A stretch of DNA of 64,000 nt, taken from NCBI GenBank assembly GCA_004431415.1, contig QPMI01000508.1, positions 62,001 to 126,000 on the forward strand. The letters are read 5' to 3'. A program made the position numbers and the translations under genes. The notes under the pieces were generated by a model, which was not told the origin of the DNA, did not search any database, and worked only from the letters and a program-made list of their open reading frames with translations. Source of the DNA: Cyanophora paradoxa CCMP329. Taxonomy: Eukaryota > Plantae > Glaucophyta. Shown here piece by piece: positions 32,433 through 45,312 of the stretch. Every line of letters starts with the position of its first letter. The stretch's first letter is position 1.

Positions 32433-34731
32433 ATGTCTTCGCCGTGGCGCTCGTCAGCGCCCGCTCCGCGTCCGCAGCAGGATGGAGAAGATGTGGTGCG
32501 CGAGCTGCTTCAGCGCTCGGCGGCCGCGCCCTCGCTCCCGCGGCCGCGCTCGAGCGCCGATCGCTCTTCTGGGGCGCCGCGCATGGCCCGTGACGCGCTC
32601 GAGCAGGAGCGGGACATCGAGAGAAGCATTGTGAGGCCTTCGAAGGCCCAAGGATCTCCGAGCTTCGAGGGATATCCTTTTCCGCCGCCCAGCTCTGTGT
32701 TTGGTCATGCCAAGCCACGCCAGCTCCTTGACCAGAGGGCGTGCCGGCTCGCACGATTGCAGGGTTCGACAGTGTGAAGGAGCAGCTTGAGCTTGTTCGC
32801 CTCATCGCCTCAGGCTCGTTCAGCTGTCCGATCCTCAGCAGGAAGACACAGAGCGTGCTCTTCTACGGCCCGCCGGGGACAGGGTAAGCTCCGGGGAACC
32901 TGAATGCTCATCAACCCAGCTAGTCTCACTACTCTCGCTCACCAGGAAGACGACGCTGGCCCGAATCTTTGCGTCTGAGCTGCGAGCGAACTTCCTCGGT
33001 GCGTACGCATGAACTGGAGCTTCGATGCTCTCCCTGTCGCTTTCTCTCGGCGCGCACTGACTCAATGAAAGCGCTGCCTCCCTCGTCCATCAATTCGAAA
33101 TGGGTCGGGGAGTCTGAGAAGAAGATCCGGGCTGCGTTCGCCGTGGCGCGCCGGAACACGCCCATCGTCCTTTTCATCGATGAGATTGAGACGTGAGACG
33201 CGCCGGCTCGTGGTCTTACTCTCTGTTATTGATCGCGATCTGCGTGACGCCCGCGCCGCCTCTGGCCTTGCGCTGCGCAGGATGCTCTCCAGTCGGAGCG
33301 CAGGCGACGGCAGCAACATAGCCACCGTGCACCGCTTCGTTCAGACGGAGCTGCTGCAGCTTTGGGAGGAGGAGCGCGGCAAGCGCTTCATCATCATTGG
33401 TCAGTCCTCCCCCCGCATGCGATTCTCAGAGATAGGCCCAGCTTATTGACCGTGCCGACGCCGCAGGCGCAACCAATCGGCCGCAGGTGCACATGCCAGC
33501 AGGCTCGCGCGCTCAGCTTGACCATGAATCGCGGCTTCCGATCTGATTCTCGCGCACGCGGGGGGCTAGGACATCGACGAGGCGTTCCTGCGGCGGTTCG
33601 ACCGGAAGATTCTCGTGCACCTGCCGACCTTCGAGGACCGCAAGGCCATCCTCAGCGCGGTGCCCGCCCCTCGGGCTGCGCTGGCCGCACGGGCCGCCGG
33701 CGCGCGCTGACGGGCGCGCGCGCGGGGCGGGCGGAGCAGTGCCTGCAGGGCCAGGGGAGCCTCACGCCGGGGGACCTCGACCACGTCGCCTCGTGCCTGG
33801 AGAACTACACCGGGGCCGGCATCAAGGTGCCTGGCCTCCCGCCTCGAGGACTCCCGGGGCGGCGGGGCGCCGAGCGGGGGGCGCGCAGGGGGTCGTGGAG
33901 AAGGCGCGGGAGCTGCAGCTGCTGGAGCAGCTGAAGCGCGTCCGGGCGTCGGCGAGCGCGGAGAGCCCCATCCGCCTCGAGCTCGAGGACGAGGAGGGCG
34001 ACCTCGACGAGGCGCCGGCACCGTTCGACTGGCGGAAGCAGCCGTCAGCCCCGGCGCGCGCGGCCGCCGTCGCGACGCCGCGCCGGGCCGGCGCCCAAGC
34101 TCGGCCCGGCGCGTGGCTCTCGGAGTCCGACCCGTTCGACCTCCCGCCCATCACGTGCGCGCCCCGAATCGACAGCCGCCGCTCGCGTCGCTCGAGCCCA
34201 TTTCGGCTCTTGAGTTCGCCCAAGAGCTAAGCCGCCCCCCGGCCCCCGCGCTGACCGGGCGCGGGCAGGCGGGAGGAGCTGGTGAGGGCGACGGAGGAGG
34301 TGCGCCCGAGCTTCCACCCGGCGTCGCCCGAGGCGCGGGGCATGGCGGCCTGGGCGGCCCGGCACGGCTCCAGGGCCGACAGCGACCGCCTGCGCGAGAC
34401 GTCGGGCCCGCCCGAGGCGCCGGCCCCGGCGCCCCCGGGCAAGGGCGACGGGGCCCTCTTCGCCCGCGCCTGCTCGCCCGGCCTCCCGTGCGCCTTTCGG
34501 GCTCCCTTCCTCCTGGCCCCGCGTCTAGCTGAACCCGCCTCGCAGCCTCGCTTTGAACTCGGGCGACTTGCGCTCGCTCGTGACCCAGTGCGCCCTTCCT
34601 TCGAATCTGGACGTCCCTATCGATCCGTGCTGGCCATAGAGCGCGCACTCACCGTCGGCCGCAGGATCATGGCCGGCGCGGGACTCTCCGCTGAATTGTG
34701 GCCGATCCCCGAATCAAAGCCCTTCCTGTAG
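32433..34731 (+). CDS. AAA+ ATPase of the Vps4/katanin/spastin/fidgetin clade
   Basis: [10 protein letters not shown]|KTTLAR (intron in Walker A), pore loop [12 protein letters not shown], Walker [13 protein letters not shown]|ATNRPQ|[29 protein letters not shown]-terminal WAARHGS. Confidence 0.88.
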
Positions 34732-34776
34732 CTAGGTGCATCTGCTACAGGTCCCGGGTATGTATATGGAACAGGA

Positions 34777-36206
34777 TCAGAATCGAAAGATCAGAGTCGA
34801 ATGCCCATTGAATGCATATGGATCGCCCGAGCTCGTGGTCACCCGGGGCCGGCGGGGGGGTCGTTGAAGCCCAGGCGGGTGAACTTGAGCTGGCCATGGG
34901 CGCCCGCCGAGCCCGCGGCCGAGCCCGGGCGCGAGGGGCGGGAGGCGCGCCGCTCGAGGGCCGACTCGAGGAGGGCGAGGTGGGCGTAGGGCCGCCGGAG
35001 CGGGGCGTCCCGGCACGGCCACATGACGACGCGCGAGCCGGCGATCAGCACCGGCCTCCGCACCCTGCGCATCCGTCGACCGTGTCGCAAGGCCTCGGGC
35101 TCGGTCATGGCCAAGAGGCCGTGAGAGGAGCGGACCGGACGAGGGCGCGGCTCTCCAACCGGACGGCCTTCAGCTGCTGGGGCGCCGGCAGCCGGGAGAC
35201 GAGCGCCTCGACCCATGCGGGGTCGTCCAGGGGCGGAACGAGCGGAGACTGCGCGTACTCGTGGACGCCCGCCATGCTCCCGAAGAGTGGCGGCCGCATC
35301 CACTCTCGGTCGCCGGAGCGCGCAGTGTGCTTCAGCATCCAGCAGACCTCTAGCTCCTCGATGCCTGCTCGCAAGATCAGGCTCGATGCAGGAGATCGAA
35401 AACCGTTGAACGGTTGGAAGCGGGATTTCGCCAGGGGCGTGGGCGGACCTCTGAGAGCTGTAGCGTCGAGGTCGCTGGCACAGAAGAGCTGCGGCGGAAG
35501 CTTGAGGTACGCCAGAGGCTCGCCGCAGGCCTCCTGGTCGCCGCCTGGTGAAGCTGCAGGCCCCGCTCCGTGGGAGGAAGCTGATTCTCCGGGGCGCGGG
35601 CGCTCGGCCGGGGTGAAGAGATCCTCAACAAGCCTCAGGCGGCGCACTGCCGACGGCACCGCCAGCCTGCGGGGTCGAAGCAAGGGGGTGTGGGCGTGAA
35701 CCCCGGAGTCCCAGAAAGGATTCGATCCTCTGGATCTCGCACCGGTTTACTGTGCACTGGACCTCCGCAGCTGTCAGGCCGAAAGTGCTGTTGGATCCCA
35801 TGAGAAGGGCTTGGAACGCGCCAGGTCGCCAGCGACCCCGAGCCCCTGGCACAGCGACTGCAGGCTCGGTTGTCCCCTGCCACCGCGCTGCAGCGGCCTC
35901 CTGCAGCCCCGTTGCAGCCGCCTCCTCAAACCTCTGAGACTGCGCTGGCTGGAATGCCGCGCTCAGCTCCTGAAAGGCTGCAGCTAGCGACTGTGCAGCG
36001 TTCGGCGCGTGCTGTGTCGCCGCGAGAAGCTGCATTGCCACCGAAAAGGTCGAGGCCCGCTGCTCTGTTCCTGGTTGAGCGTGTAGGGCTGCAACCAGCG
36101 CTTGCAGCACGGCCACCGTCAGCGACTGCTGCTCCGGCGCGTTCGCATGGATCTGGGCAACTGCCGAGGCCCCGTTCGAGTATGCTGGCAACGGCAGCCT
36201 GCGCAA
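34777..36206 (-). CDS. Hypothetical moderate-GC protein (several overlapping frames, probably spliced)
   Basis: Minus ORFs 35625-36206, 35105-35683 and 34839-35303 read as protein-like (LTVAVLQALVAALH; PLAYLKLPPQLF; LILRAGIEELEVCW). No family recognised. Confidence 0.35.
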
Positions 36207-36686
36207 AGAGCACTCAAGACAAGCCGCGCGCGACGAGAGGCGCCGCCAGTTGCAACGAACTCTCGATCTCGCCCTCCGCTGAAACTACGGTCATACTTTG
36301 TGCCCGGCATTATCTGCGAGTGAGCGGCGCACAAACTGCAGCTCATTCTCAATGCATGGACCGGGCGCTCAATGGAATGCGCGATGTACAGATAAAGGAT
36401 CTTGAACAGCAGACGCGGGCGGCGCCGGAGAAGTCGGCAAGAATTGCAAGTACTGCGCCCGCGAGAGGACTCACATCAGACGCCCTCGGCGCGTAAGTAC
36501 ACACATGCCGGTGCAGCGCACCGGATGCAGTACAGCGAACCGGACCGGATATCGATGCCTGGCTGGCCGCGTTGGAATTGAAGTATACCCGGCCCGGCGC
36601 CGGCCGCCGCGGACCACGGGATCAAATTTGGTGCCGTGCTGATCAAATTCGACTCAGTGACGTCGGCGCGCGCTCAGTCTGCATGT

Positions 36687-36726
36687 TGCCCCTGGCTCTG
36701 TCAGGTCTGCTGCCCCTGGCTCTGTC
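36687..36726 (+). repeat. Short direct repeat
   Basis: TGCCCCTGGCTCTGTCA twice, 24 bp apart. Confidence 0.7.
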
Positions 36727-37024
36727 ATACGCGTGGTTTTACTGACTGCATTGAAAGAACGAGATCTACGAAGGGTAGGGTCGTGTGGGGTCGATGGGTG
36801 AATTTGGGTCTACGAAACCCAGGCGGAAACAGCAAAAACGACTGGAGTTATGCATGATGCGGCGCGGGCCCATGGGGCCGACGCCGCTGAAAGCGCGAGC
36901 TAATGGATGGAGAAGAGGGTCTACGAGCGAAGCGATCGGGTTCGGCCAATGCGGGCTGGGGGATTCAGGCGCGGAGGGAGCGAGGGGAGCGGGGTCGGGA
37001 GGACGCGGCTGCGGCTGTAGGGGC

Positions 37025-38260
37025 CTAGAAGGTGGGGGTGGGGCTCTCCGGCGCTGGGCTCTGAGGCGCGGGGCTCTCCGGGGTGGGGCTGGTGGCCTCG
37101 GAGGCGGGCTGGGGCGCGGTGTCGATGAAGGGGGCGAAGGGGGCGAGGTCGAGGCCGATCTCGAGGGCGACCTCGATGAGGCGCTCCTTCTGCAGCTTCT
37201 CCACGGCCTTCACGTTGCGCAGGAAGTGCCGCCGCTTGCTCTGGAACGACGGATGTGCCCGCACCGCGTTCCTCAGCGACTCCCGCGCCGCCATGTAAAG
37301 CTGCCGCGCCGTCAGCCCCGCCCCGCCGCGACGCGCCCCATCCCGCCTCGCCCCCCTCGCACCTGCTTGCGCAGCGTGGGCCGCTTCAGGTTCGCCGCCT
37401 CCGCGTCCTCCAGCGGACGGTAGGCCGTGGGGTAGAGGGCCCGGCCGTCGCTGCCGCGGCGCCGGAGGCCCGTGCGCTCGTCAATGCCGCTGCCGCCCTC
37501 GCCCTCGAAGGCCGCGCCGTCGGCCACGTCCCAGAAGCCCGTCGGGGAGGAGAGCGCCTCGTCCCCCGCAGGCGACGGGGAGGGGACCTGCAGCCCCATC
37601 GCCGGCGACGCCCCGCCCCGCCGCGCCGACCGGCTCCGCTTCGGCGCCGACGGGCCCGCCTCGCGCTTCGCCTCCGACCGCCGCGCCGACGCGGCCGCCG
37701 CCCGCTTCCGCCCCGCCGCCGGTTTGCGGCCCGCCGAGCTCCTCACGGGCGTCGTCTCCTCCTCGTCGTCCGACGCTCCGAGGTTGCGCATCCTCACGCC
37801 GAACGGCGAGAGCAGGCTATGGAACTGCAACAGCACGTCATGCGCGGGCGGCGTTGACGAGCGCGGGCGAACTCGGTCGCACCTCGTCGCCTGCGTCAGA
37901 GTTGAACTCGCTGCCAGAGTCCTCCGCAACCAGATCTTCGATCTCGGAGTCGCTCCCATAGAGCGTGTCGGTGAGCGGCTGGTACAGCAGACCGTCATCC
38001 TCCTCGAACTTCCTCTTTGCCGAAACTGCGGGGGGGTCGTTAGAAGCCTTCGCAGAAGCGCAAGAATGACCGGAAGGAAAGGGATGGAAAAGGAAACGCG
38101 CGAGGACACCCCACCCGCCTTGCCTCACTTCCCGCCCGACCGCGGTCCGCCGACCGCGCGGGCGCCGGATGGACCGAAGCACGAATTTGGTTTCTATTCG
38201 TGATGCTAGGTATATCCCGGGCCTCAAACCACGCCGTCGACGAAGGCGCACCTGAAGTCA
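37025..38260 (-). CDS. Hypothetical nuclear protein with acidic/basic tracts and a compact C-terminal helical domain (start uncertain)
   Basis: SAKRKFEEDD...SDSEIEDL, GRKRAAA/PKRSR NLS-like motifs, TLRKQ|LYMAARESLRNAVRAHPSFQSKRRHFLRNVKAVEKLQKERLIEVALEIGL. Confidence 0.55.
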
Positions 38261-38757
38261 TCGCTGAACTGACTCCCGCCTTCTTCTTCCGATCGAGACT
38301 GACACCGCGAGGGCAGATACCTGCGAGCCAGACGCGCTTTGATAAGCCTTTAGATCGCAGGCAGCACGGCCGGCCGGGCGGGAAACTTGAAACGCGCGGG
38401 AGGGCGGCCGGGCGGGGATGGCTCCTTGAACTTGGGGGGGGCGTAAACTCCGGGCTCGCCGCGGGTCTTAGACCCACGGAAAGAGTCTTATAGGCCAAAT
38501 GGGGCCGGAAGCGCCTAGCAGGGAGCCCGGGCGCGCGGCGGGACGGCAGCGAGCCTGGCCGAGCTCGGCGGCCGCGCGGGGGGCCGCCCGACCGCACAAA
38601 GAGCTCTCGATTCGAATGCCTAGCCTAAACGCGCCCGCCGGCAGGCTGGAGAGCGTACCTGAGACGAGCGCGGTCTCGGCGGGAAAAAGTCACTCCACTT
38701 CGTTCGGCGACTTGGGAGTAACTGTCGCTGTACCCGTGCCCCGCCGCGTTTGGCGCC

Positions 38758-40185
38758 ATGGAGGGCGCCGTGTGGCTCAACACGCTCGGCTCGGTGTTCG
38801 CAATCAGGTGCGGGCTGCCGCGCCGCGCCGGCGGGCCGCCGCCGGGCTCGAAGCCTTGGCGACGGCCAGCGCGCTCCCCCGGCCGTCCCTCCGGACGTCT
38901 CCGACCTCGTACGCGGCGCAGTTGCGTATCTTTCGTCGGGGCGCTCATCCTGCCGGCGTACGTGGAGACGAAGGAGTCCCGCAAGCGCGCCCGGCGCAAG
39001 AAGGCGAAGGGCAAGAAGGCGGACGGCGGCAAGAGCGACAAGGACGACTCGGACGCGGGCGACGGCGAGCACGACGCGGAGCCGCCCAGCAAGAGCAAGG
39101 TCATCTCGTTCCTGGTCAGCCTCGCCATCGGCGCCATGCTGGGCGACGCGTTCCTCCACATGCTCCCGGAGATCTTTGGGGCGCACGGAGACCACGGCTC
39201 GCACGGCGCGGCGGCGGCGGTTACCGCGGCGCAGCCCGGCGCCGCGCCCGACAACCACTCTGCGCACGACCACGCGCACGACCACGACCACGCGCACGAC
39301 CACGACCACGACCACGGCCACGCGCACGGCGGCTTGCCGGCGCACGCGCACGCGCACGAGCAGGCGGCGGCGGGCGGCGAGGGGCACGGGCACTCGCACG
39401 GGCACTCGACGCAGGCGTCGATGCTGCTGCTGCTCGGCATGCTCCTCTTCTTCCTCTTCGAGAAGGCGCTTCGGGGCCACCACCACCACCACACCGTCGC
39501 CGCCGCCAAGCACAAGCCCGACCGCCCCGCTCGCTCCGCCTCCCGCGGGGCCTCCCCAGCCTCCCCCTCGCCCCCGTCCCGCCGCGGTGGCGGCAAGGCC
39601 GCCGCGGAGGGCCACGCGCACGCGCACGGCGCCGGCTGCGAGCACGGGCGGGAGGAGGGGGCGATCGAGCCGTCCGGGTACCTGAACCTGGTGGCGGACG
39701 GCCTGCACAACTTCTTCGACGGGCTGGCGATCGCGACGGCGAACGCGGCGGCGGGGGCCGGGGGCCGGCCGGCGGTGGCGACGACGGTGGCGATCTTCCT
39801 GCACGAGCTGCCCCAGGAGCTGGGCGACCTCGGCGTCCTCATCGACGCCGGCTTCTCCAAGCGCCGCGCCCTCCTCCTCAACTTCGCCTCCGCCTGCGTC
39901 GCCATCCTCGGCGCCCTCGTCGGCCTCGTCGCCGGCGGCGCCATCGACGGCTTCGCCCGCGCCATGCGGCCCGTCACCTGCGGCGGCTTCATCTACGTCG
40001 CCGCCGCCAACATGATCCCCGAGGCGCGCCCCGCCCCGCCCCGCCCCGCCCCCCCGGCCGGCAGCTGAGCGGGGCGGGCGCAGCTGCACAGCAACTCGAA
40101 GCACGGGACGGCGAGCGTCCTGCTGCAGCTCGCCGGGATGGCCTCCGGCGTGGCCCTCACCTACCTTGTCACCTTCGCCGAGTGA
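38758..40185 (+). CDS. ZIP (SLC39, LIV-1/IAR1/KE4-like) metal transporter
   Basis: SLAIGAMLGDAFLHMLPE, long His-rich loops, GYLNLVADGLHNFFDGLAI, FLHELPQELGDLGVL, GGFIYVA. GC-AG intron 40024-40083. Confidence 0.93.
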
Positions 40186-40284
40186 CGCCCCCGCCGCCCC
40201 GCCCCGCCCCGCTCACCCGCTCCCCGCCACGCCCCGCCACCCCCGCTCTCTTCTCCAAGTGCGCTTCGTTTCGCTTGCAGTCGC

Positions 40285-42097
40285 TCATCGCCGCTGCTGC
40301 TGCGGAGCGGGGGCGGGGCGGCCGGCCACTGGCGCTGCAGGGGCAGCTGGCCGAGCTGGTGCCGGCGGGGCGCGAGGGGCCGCTGAGGGGGCCGGAGCGG
40401 GGGGGCGGGGGGCAGCGGCGGGTCGCGGCGGCGCTGCGGGGGCGGGCGCCCGGGGGCGGGGCGGGAGCGGGGCGGGCCGCGGCGGGGGCGCGGTGGGAGG
40501 CCGCGCGGGAGGGGCGGCCGGCTTCACGGGCGTCCCGGCTGCCGGGCGGGGGGCGGCGGTTTGGGGCCGCGCGGGAGCAGGCGCCGGCGCCGGCGGGCGG
40601 GCGGGCACGGGGCGGGACGGGCGGCGCCGGGGGCGGTACCGGGGCAGGGGCGGGGCGGGGTGCGGGAGCGGGGCGGGGCGGGGCGGGGCCGGGGCGGTGG
40701 CTGGGCGGGCGGGGGCTGGGCGGGGCCTTGGCGGGCGCTGGCTTCGCGGGGACGGCTGCGGGGGCGGCTTTGCGGGCGCGGGCGCCGCCGCCGGCCTCGG
40801 GGCCGTCGAGGGCCTCGCCCCGGCCGCGGCGGGGGCGGCCGGCGCCCCGGGCGCCCTCGCCGGCGCCGGAGCCCCTGCGGCCGGCTTGGTCGCCGCCGCC
40901 GGGACAGCCGCGGGCGCCCCCGCAGGCGGCTTCGCGGCGGCGGGCCCTGCGAGCTTGACCCCGGCCGTCGTGGGGCCGACGCCGGGCGCGCCGGGGCGCG
41001 GGGGCGCCCCGGCCCCTTCTGGACGCTGGGCGCGATGGTGGGGCCGCGGGCGCCCCGGCGGCCGCGGGCGCCCCGGGCTCCGCGGCGGTGACCGCCGGCG
41101 GCGGCTCAAGGGCCCCCTTCGCGCCCTGCAGCGCGCGGTGAGCGGGGCGGGGCGGGGCGGCGGGCGGGGCGGGAGGGGCGCGCCGGGCGCTCGATGAGGG
41201 TGCTAAAGATGCGTCCGAGGCTCCCGCGCTCCGCCGCCCGCTTCCGCTCCGCCTTCGCCGCCGCCGCCGCCGCCTGCGGGGCGGCCCCATGCCTCGGGCG
41301 GGGCGGGCGCGGCGGGCGGGGCGGGGGCGGGGGCGGGGGCGGACCTGCTCCTCGGCGAGCTCGACGCGGAGGCGCTCGATCTCCTCGAGGACGGGGCCCG
41401 TGCGGGCGTGCCGGAAGACGGGGGCGCCCTTGTTGCGCGCGCTCTCCTCCGCCAGCATCCGCAGGCGCGCTTTGAACTCGTCCCGCACCCGCTTCCGCTC
41501 GTCCGCGTACTGCTCCGCGTCCACCTCCAGCGACTTCCCCAGCCTCCGCTCCCTCGTGAGGAACATCCACTGCAAGTTCCGCGAGATCACCTCCCGGATA
41601 GGCTCCCGTACCTTCGGCGGCAGCCTGCGCCCCGGCCCCCGCGTGAGGCAGCCCCCGCGCAAATCGAGCGCCGCGCAATTCTCACCCCGTTCCGTTGCAC
41701 CGCAGGCACTTCGCCCGCCCGGGGGTGTGCAGGCAGACCATGCACCGGAAGCTGTGTCGCCGGTCAGCCCTAGCGCCGGGGCGCGTGCGCGTGGCAGCCT
41801 GCCGTGCGCACTAGTGGACGCCGACCATGCGCCAAAAGGGGATGTGGTTACTCCAGAGCTTGCCCTCCCCATGGCACATGTCGCACATGACCTTGCCGAG
41901 GCCCTGCACGGACAAGCGCGGGCGGCGGTTAGGCGGATTCGCGAACCACTGCTGCGGTCTCGGCCGCGAAGAGCGCGCACGAAGCATTCGGGGCACTGCT
42001 CGCGGTTCTTGTTCTGGAACTGGTACTCGAGCAGGAAATCCGGCGAAGGCTGCGTGTCGGACTTGCCCGAGATGTCAAGTGGGATTCGCAGAGGCAT
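40285..42097 (-). CDS. DnaJ-type CxxCxGxG zinc-finger protein with coiled coil and Pro/Ala/Lys-rich tail
   Basis: Spliced CPECF|GLG, CDMCHGEG, CMVCLHTPG, CLRCNG; then EQYADERKRVRDEFKARLRMLAEE. No J-domain HPD seen. Confidence 0.6.
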
Positions 42098-42322
42098 TGC
42101 CGCTGCCGCGAGCTCGCGCTCGCAACGCTCTCAAGCGTCGGTCCCGCAAACTCGATTCGAGCGCGCCTCGCCGGACTTTGTGGGTCGACACCGGCGCCTT
42201 CTTGCAGCTTTTCTCAAACAGCCGGCGAGGCGGCGCCGTCGGCTTCGCGCTCTGAGGCTCGATGTGGCAAATTTTGGGGGTACGTGTACGGATCACTCTT
42301 ACGCGCCACGAAAGTTGCAAGC

Positions 42323-45160
42323 ATGGCAGAGGCCGCGGACAAGGAATTCGATGAGCTAGATGCCAAGGTCCAGCAGCTGAGCGATGCGGTCAAGGCCGGC
42401 ACCATCTCCACGGTAGGTCCCGCGCTTCCGGAAACGACGGGCTCTGGCGCCGTTCCCCGCGCGTACTTCGCCGACGCGCTTTCGACGCGTTCGGAGGGCT
42501 TACCGCCCGAACGTGTGGCGCAGCTCGAAAGCACCTACGTAGACATCATCGGCGGGGTGAAGAAGGCGTCCGTCAAGTGCAAGAAGCTCGCAGCCGTGAA
42601 CATTCCTCTCTTTTTCAAGCACTTCCAAAAGCAGTCGGACGCCGCCATCAATGGTCAGCTGGACCTTTGCGAGGAGCAGGACGACGTGGTGCGTTCGCCG
42701 GGCCATTCTAGATGAGCGAGGGGCGCGGCTCACCGTGGGGATGCAGACGCGCATGACTGCCATCAAGGGCCTGCCAGCGCTGTGCGAGGACACGCCGGAG
42801 CAGACCCCCAAGATCGCCGACTTCCTTGGCCAGCTCCTCATGACCGGTGCGCGGCCCCGCACGCAGGCCGCGCCGCTCGGCCGACCCACCCGCACGTCTG
42901 CAGAGAACAAGGCCGAGCAGAGGCTGGTTCACTCGGGCCTGGACAGGCTGCTGAGCCGCGACCCGAAGAGTGCGCTTACGTTCCTTTCTGCGGTCCGCGG
43001 CGCGGGCGCCGACCGCCGACAGGCACCCTGGGGGCCATGTTCAACCTCATTAAAACGAGCGAGGACGCCCTGCGCGAGCGGACGATCAAGTTCGTGCGGG
43101 AGAAAGTGCGCCCGGGCTGGCTGGCGCGGCGGGGCGGGGCGCGGGGCGGCCGGGCGCCCGCTGACGGCCCGTCGGGGGGCGCAGCTGACGAAGGATTCGC
43201 TGTCGACGCTGGCGAAGGCGCACGAGGGGCTGGAGGACTTGATCGGGGAGCAGATCAAGGAGGTGCTGCGAGACGTGGACGGCGCCGAGTTCCAGAACTT
43301 CTACGCCATCCTCCAGCAGCTCTCCAAGTTCGACGTCGTGCGCCTCGCCTGTGCCCCCGCCCCGGCGGCCGGCGCCGACGCGGGCGGCAGAAGAAGGGCG
43401 GGAAGGAGGCGGCGGAGGAGCTGCTCAAGGTGCTCGTCGACCAGGCGGACCTCAGCAAGGACTTCGACGTGCGCCGCCCGCCCCGCGCCGCCCCGCGGGG
43501 CCGGGTGGGGCCGCTGAGCGGGCCGCAGCCGGCGGAGAAGGACACGATCGAGCGGCTCAAGGGGACCCTCAAGCTCGCCGAGCCCCTCTTCAACGTGCGC
43601 CCCGCGCGCCCCGGCCCCGGCCCCGGCGCCGACAGTGCGGGGCCTCACCGGCGGGGAGCAGGAGGGGGCGTCGGCGGGGAACTTCCTGGAGTACCTGATG
43701 GGCAAGGTCCTCCCCAAGCTCGCCTCCGTGCCCGCCGAGGCGGACCGGTGCGCCGGCGCCGCAGGCCCCCCGGGGCGCGGGGCGGCTGAGGGCCGGGGGG
43801 CGTGGCAGGGTGCAGCTGCTGGTGTTCCTGGCGGACCTGGGCCCGAGGGCGAGCCCGGAGAGCGCGAAGCAGGCGCTGGAGGCGACGTACGAGCTGATCA
43901 AGGCGCACCTGCCGGCCAAGCCGGCGGCGGAGGGCGAGGAGGAGCCGGCGATCAACTTCACGCTCGGCGAGACGCTGCTCTTCTGCCTGCACCTCTTCGG
44001 GAGCAAGGCGCCGGAGACGGCGAAGACGCTGCTGGGCCTGCAGAAGAAGAAGCCGTTCACGGGGCAGCCGGCGGACCTCGCCCCGCCCCCGGAGGACGCC
44101 GTCGAGCGCATCAAGGACCTCGAGGCCCGGTCCGGCCCCGCCCCCCGCCCCGCCCGCCCCGCCCCGCCCCGCCCCGCCCCGCCTGACCTGGGCGAGCCAG
44201 GTCTGCGTACCTGGCGCTGCGCGCGAACAACTTCAACAAGGAGCAGTCGACGCAGTGGATCGCCGTGCGCCCGCGCCCGCCGCCCCGGCTTGGCGCGCCG
44301 CGCGGCGCCGCTGAGGCCTGCGCAGGAGCAGAAGAAGATCATGGAGGCGCGGAAGGCGGCGACGAGCCCGGAGGAGAAGAAGACCGTCGAGCAGTCCGAC
44401 AAGTCCTTCAAGGAGCGGAAGAACAAGTGGTCCCAGACATTCGACAACATCAAGAAGCTCAACATGGTGCCGCCCCGCGTCACCCCGCCCCGCCCCGGCC
44501 CGGCCCCGCCGCCGCCCGCCGTCGCCGACCGCCGGCGCGCAGAACATCGCGAAGAAGGAGCTGCTCGACGAGAAGCAGCTGCCGAAGCTGGTGCACTCGC
44601 TGCGGAGCGAGGCGAAGGGCGGGCAGGGCGGCAGGCAAGGGCAGGGCCAGGGCGCGGGGCAGCAGCAGCGGCAGCAGCAGCAGGCGCAGGCGCAGGCGGG
44701 GACGAAGCGGGCGGCGCCGGCGAAGCCCGCGATCGACCCGGAGGTCGTCGCCAAGCGCCAGGCCAGATTCGGCCCCGTCGACAAGCCCGCCCCCGCGGGG
44801 TGCGACGCGCCCCCCTCCCGCCCCCGCCCGCCCCGCCCCCCGCCCACTGAGACTCGCCGCAGCGGCCCCAAGCGCAAGGCCCCGGAGCCGGCAGCGGAAG
44901 GCGCCGCCGCGGAAGCGGGCGCCGAGGCGGCGGAGGGCGACGCGAACGGCGCCGGCGAGGCGGGCGCCAAGAAGGCCAGGGTGCTCCGGGGCCCCACTGC
45001 GCTGCCCCTGCTCGCGCCCCGCTCACTCCCCGCCAGGGCCGCGGCATGGCGCGTGCGCACTACAAACCCCCGGCGAGGCGCCAGTGATCGCGGCTCGCCT
45101 TATCGTCGTCTTGCGGCTGTAATCGAAACTGTGAATTCAACGCCGCAGCATTATTTCTAG
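42323..45160 (+). CDS. API5: Apoptosis inhibitor 5 homologue (3' end approximate)
   Basis: YVDIIGGVK...KKLAAVNIPLFFKHF...AINGQLDLCEEQD, RMTAIKGLPALC, KIADFLGQLL, LRERTIKFVREK, INFTLGETLLFCLHLFG. Confidence 0.9.
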
Positions 45161-45312
45161 ATCTGTGAATTGTTGCATTCCGCGCGTCATGCGATCAGGC
45201 CTTCATGCCGCCGTTAATATTCGATTGCACCACTCGCATGCTTCACAAGTGGTCCGGGAGAAGAGTCCGTGTTGCCGCCGAATCGCTCACGCTAGAACTT
45301 GAGGCGGAATAC

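Noticed and set aside
36449-36462. 14-mer AGTACTGCGCCCGC shared with 25266-25279 as a TE end
   Set aside because: No extended similarity or TSD, so it could be chance.
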